From the IMG/VR virus record IMGVR_UViG_2875697941_000001: 64,000 bases of DNA; one strand, given 5' to 3'. Position 1 is the first letter of the stretch. Each line of letters opens with the position of its first letter. This DNA comes from a virus (taxonomy: Duplodnaviria; Heunggongvirae; Uroviricota; Caudoviricetes). Shown here piece after piece: positions 63,201-64,000 of this stretch. The translations under genes were made by a program, and so were the position numbers. A model generated the notes under the pieces. That model ran no database searches. It was not told where the DNA came from and saw only the letters and a program-made list of their open reading frames with translations.

Positions 63201-64000
63201 GCATCTTCCGCTGCGGCCTTACTCCCTGACTTTCCAATAAAACGACCACGCGCATCGCGTTGGTTTTGGCTTTTTTGCGCACCGCCTTTTTGATCGAACA
63301 TTTCGCGAGCGTGTTCGGCTGCTTCGGTCCGTTGTGCCTTTATATCCTCTGGTATAGCCTTCCTGCGTCGTTTTTTACCCTTTGGTGTAGTTGATTTGGC
63401 CTGCTGTTCCTGTTGAGCAATGCCCTCCTGAACTACACGAGAAACGTCCCCTAAATTAAGCCGTTTCATTGCGTCAACAATAGGGTCCACTGATGGCGCA
63501 TTGGCCACAAAGTCTGGCCGGGAATTTTCGATTGTTCGATTTAATGCCGACACACTGCGAGATACTGGGTCAACCGTTGCAACGCGTTCCCCTTTCAAAT
63601 CACGAGCGAGTTTGACCGTTTCTAACCGCTGTGCTTTAACATCCTCTGTTATTGCCTCTCTTCGTCTATTTGGGGGATTGTGCGCTGTTGGTGCAGCCTG
63701 CTGTGCACGGTTAGTGACTTTGTCCTCCCGTATACGAGAAACGTCCCCTAAATTAAGCCGTTTTATTGCGTCAACAATAGGGTCCACTGATGGCGCATTG
63801 GTCACAAAGTCAGGACGTGAATTTTCGATTGTGCGATTTAATGCCGACACACTGCGAGAGACAGGATCAACAGTTGCAACTCGTTCCCCTTTCAAATCTT
63901 CAACAGCTTCCCGAATACCTGCAAGCTCTTCCAGCTCTTTCGCGCTGGCGGTTTCAACTGTCCTTATAACATCGTCAATATTGGCGTTTTTTCTTTCCAT
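60281..64000 (-). CDS. sit: Sit-like injection transglycosylase / tape-measure protein; start codon at window edge
   Basis: 1239 aa; lytic transglycosylase (SLT) motif ...YSIAATESGG...GALGMFQFTS...AYNAG; Gly-rich tape-measure-like middle; N-terminal 99-aa tandem duplication; ATG at 64000-63998. Confidence 0.85.
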   Translation of the reverse strand: MERKNANIDDVIRTVETASAKELEELAGIREAVEDLKGERVATVDPVSRSVSALNRTIENSRPDFVTNAPSVDPIVDAIKRLNLGDVSRIREDKVTNRAQQAAPTAHNPPNRRREAITEDVKAQRLETVKLARDLKGERVATVDPVSRSVSALNRTIENSRPDFVANAPSVDPIVDAMKRLNLGDVSRVVQEGIAQQEQQAKSTTPKGKKRRRKAIPEDIKAQRTEAAEHAREMFDQKGGAQKSQNQRDARGRFIGKSGSKAAAEDARAERAEKARHKEDDERLNAESGLLKKLSKVAEGIGNPSETRAVDALGYAVAGPLWAAGKELGGISKEVGGSLNGARKSIADVIRGNDDNSRRKGFFRRKSQNSADVVQVNTQKRTVQELQEQTSEIKEGNDKILSALDQIAKNTGKKKGGLLSKLFSLLGKGAGGVASLLMGRGMLKKAGALAFGALGAKKLVGMLRGGGKKTIAHEGGDLAARAAGKLGLKAVGKGALRAIPLVGTVAGGIYDAVTGWNDTEAQRRAFGLKSGQDPSFQQKAAYTLANVLDMGGLVSGISSAIGEVIKSLGFEDIGNMLQSFSTESIAQAIDSGITNLETYISNLGDTISTKFEDYTAKIGDAVSAWFSDTSNKLLEKLDAIKDFFTVDNLKQVFSDAIDSAIDFIKNPGKHIKEAAGNIWDGVKNLPGKALDAAVDAVKNTPAAMIVSKIPNPIGEANAKEITPELKAPVNSHQETSDSKTESDAKQTNIVTRVINAALDTAKDSNKTVKETANQIINANAVETGNSALQKIDNAIGQNSSSSSSLNTTGTRNDIQKAADTYNNGNLDVKVGNLGAEGKANLDKLAPYFAELENKYGLPEGTLYSIAATESGGDPNAKSPLTRSPDGKLSGGALGMFQFTSIARKETGISEPDAFDPVKSAEAAALLMSKYLKQANGDLNEAITAYNAGFGTINKWKKGTGDLSKENREYAIKVNTHRARYLGGDIYTPGAGAQGGAQYGVRGPLPDNAVIDQSTGLAFTHGDSPFEKGGLVDKIGNAVGVNDLVNKFMNGRGMRREVVQGTLEERARGKGTATAAGNVYVDTPMPVEEARPVASNSSYFDQLGAQMGIDGLFDKLRNSPGMRKNNATEPASTSKVTTAANDLQQPTGRMQIDGQVISDLGGSGAKPTMQLADNTVSLDGETKRLFAQMTSLLARIEEHTKDSAKGQGTVVKVSTPQPGVMRTVPLSIDDPLMNDYARVD
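63320..63913 (-). repeat. tandem duplication (2 x about 297 bp) in 5' end of sit
   Basis: residues about 30-128 and 129-227 near-identical (LKGERVATVDPVSRSVSALNRTIENSRPDFV(T/A)NAPSVDPIVDA(I/M)KRLNLGDVSR...). Confidence 0.6.

Overview
The whole 64-kb window reads as one contiguous segment of a P1-like temperate phage-plasmid genome. Landmarks recognised by eye, in P1 order: TerB-like gene plus two tiny membrane ORFs, a tRNA(CAU), ban (DnaB-like helicase), a minus-strand baseplate/tail block, a plus-strand block (TraR-like Zn finger, VRR-NUC nuclease, two GT42/DUF115-like paralogues, Ser/Thr phosphatase, GT-A-like ORF), humD behind a LexA box, phd-doc, lpa-like, pacA (with the GATC-hexamer pac site) and pacB, c1 and coi, loxP and cre, ref, mat, the giant darB methylase-helicase, portal and prohead protease, SAR-type lysozyme, ssb, the darA-type operon, holin-like genes, tail-fibre genes S and U, baseplate genes and sit. 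Copies of the 17-bp C1 operator (ATTGCTCTAATAAATTT-like) precede several operons. On this backbone sit three low-GC cargo insertions: (i) an O-acetyltransferase gene bounded by a frameshifted IS1-family element and an IS3-family remnant; (ii) a two-gene cassette (346-aa unknown protein plus 169-aa NDT-like protein) exactly where canonical P1 carries its res-mod type III restriction-modification genes, which is the best candidate for an undescribed defence module; (iii) a HipA-family kinase with N-terminal HTH between ssb and the darA operon. The cin invertase is a decayed pseudogene with one cix-like site retained inside S. No CRISPR array, rRNA or integrase was seen. All calls rest on motif recognition by eye and remembered P1 gene order; no database search was run. 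Non-ORF coordinates may be off by 1-2 nt.
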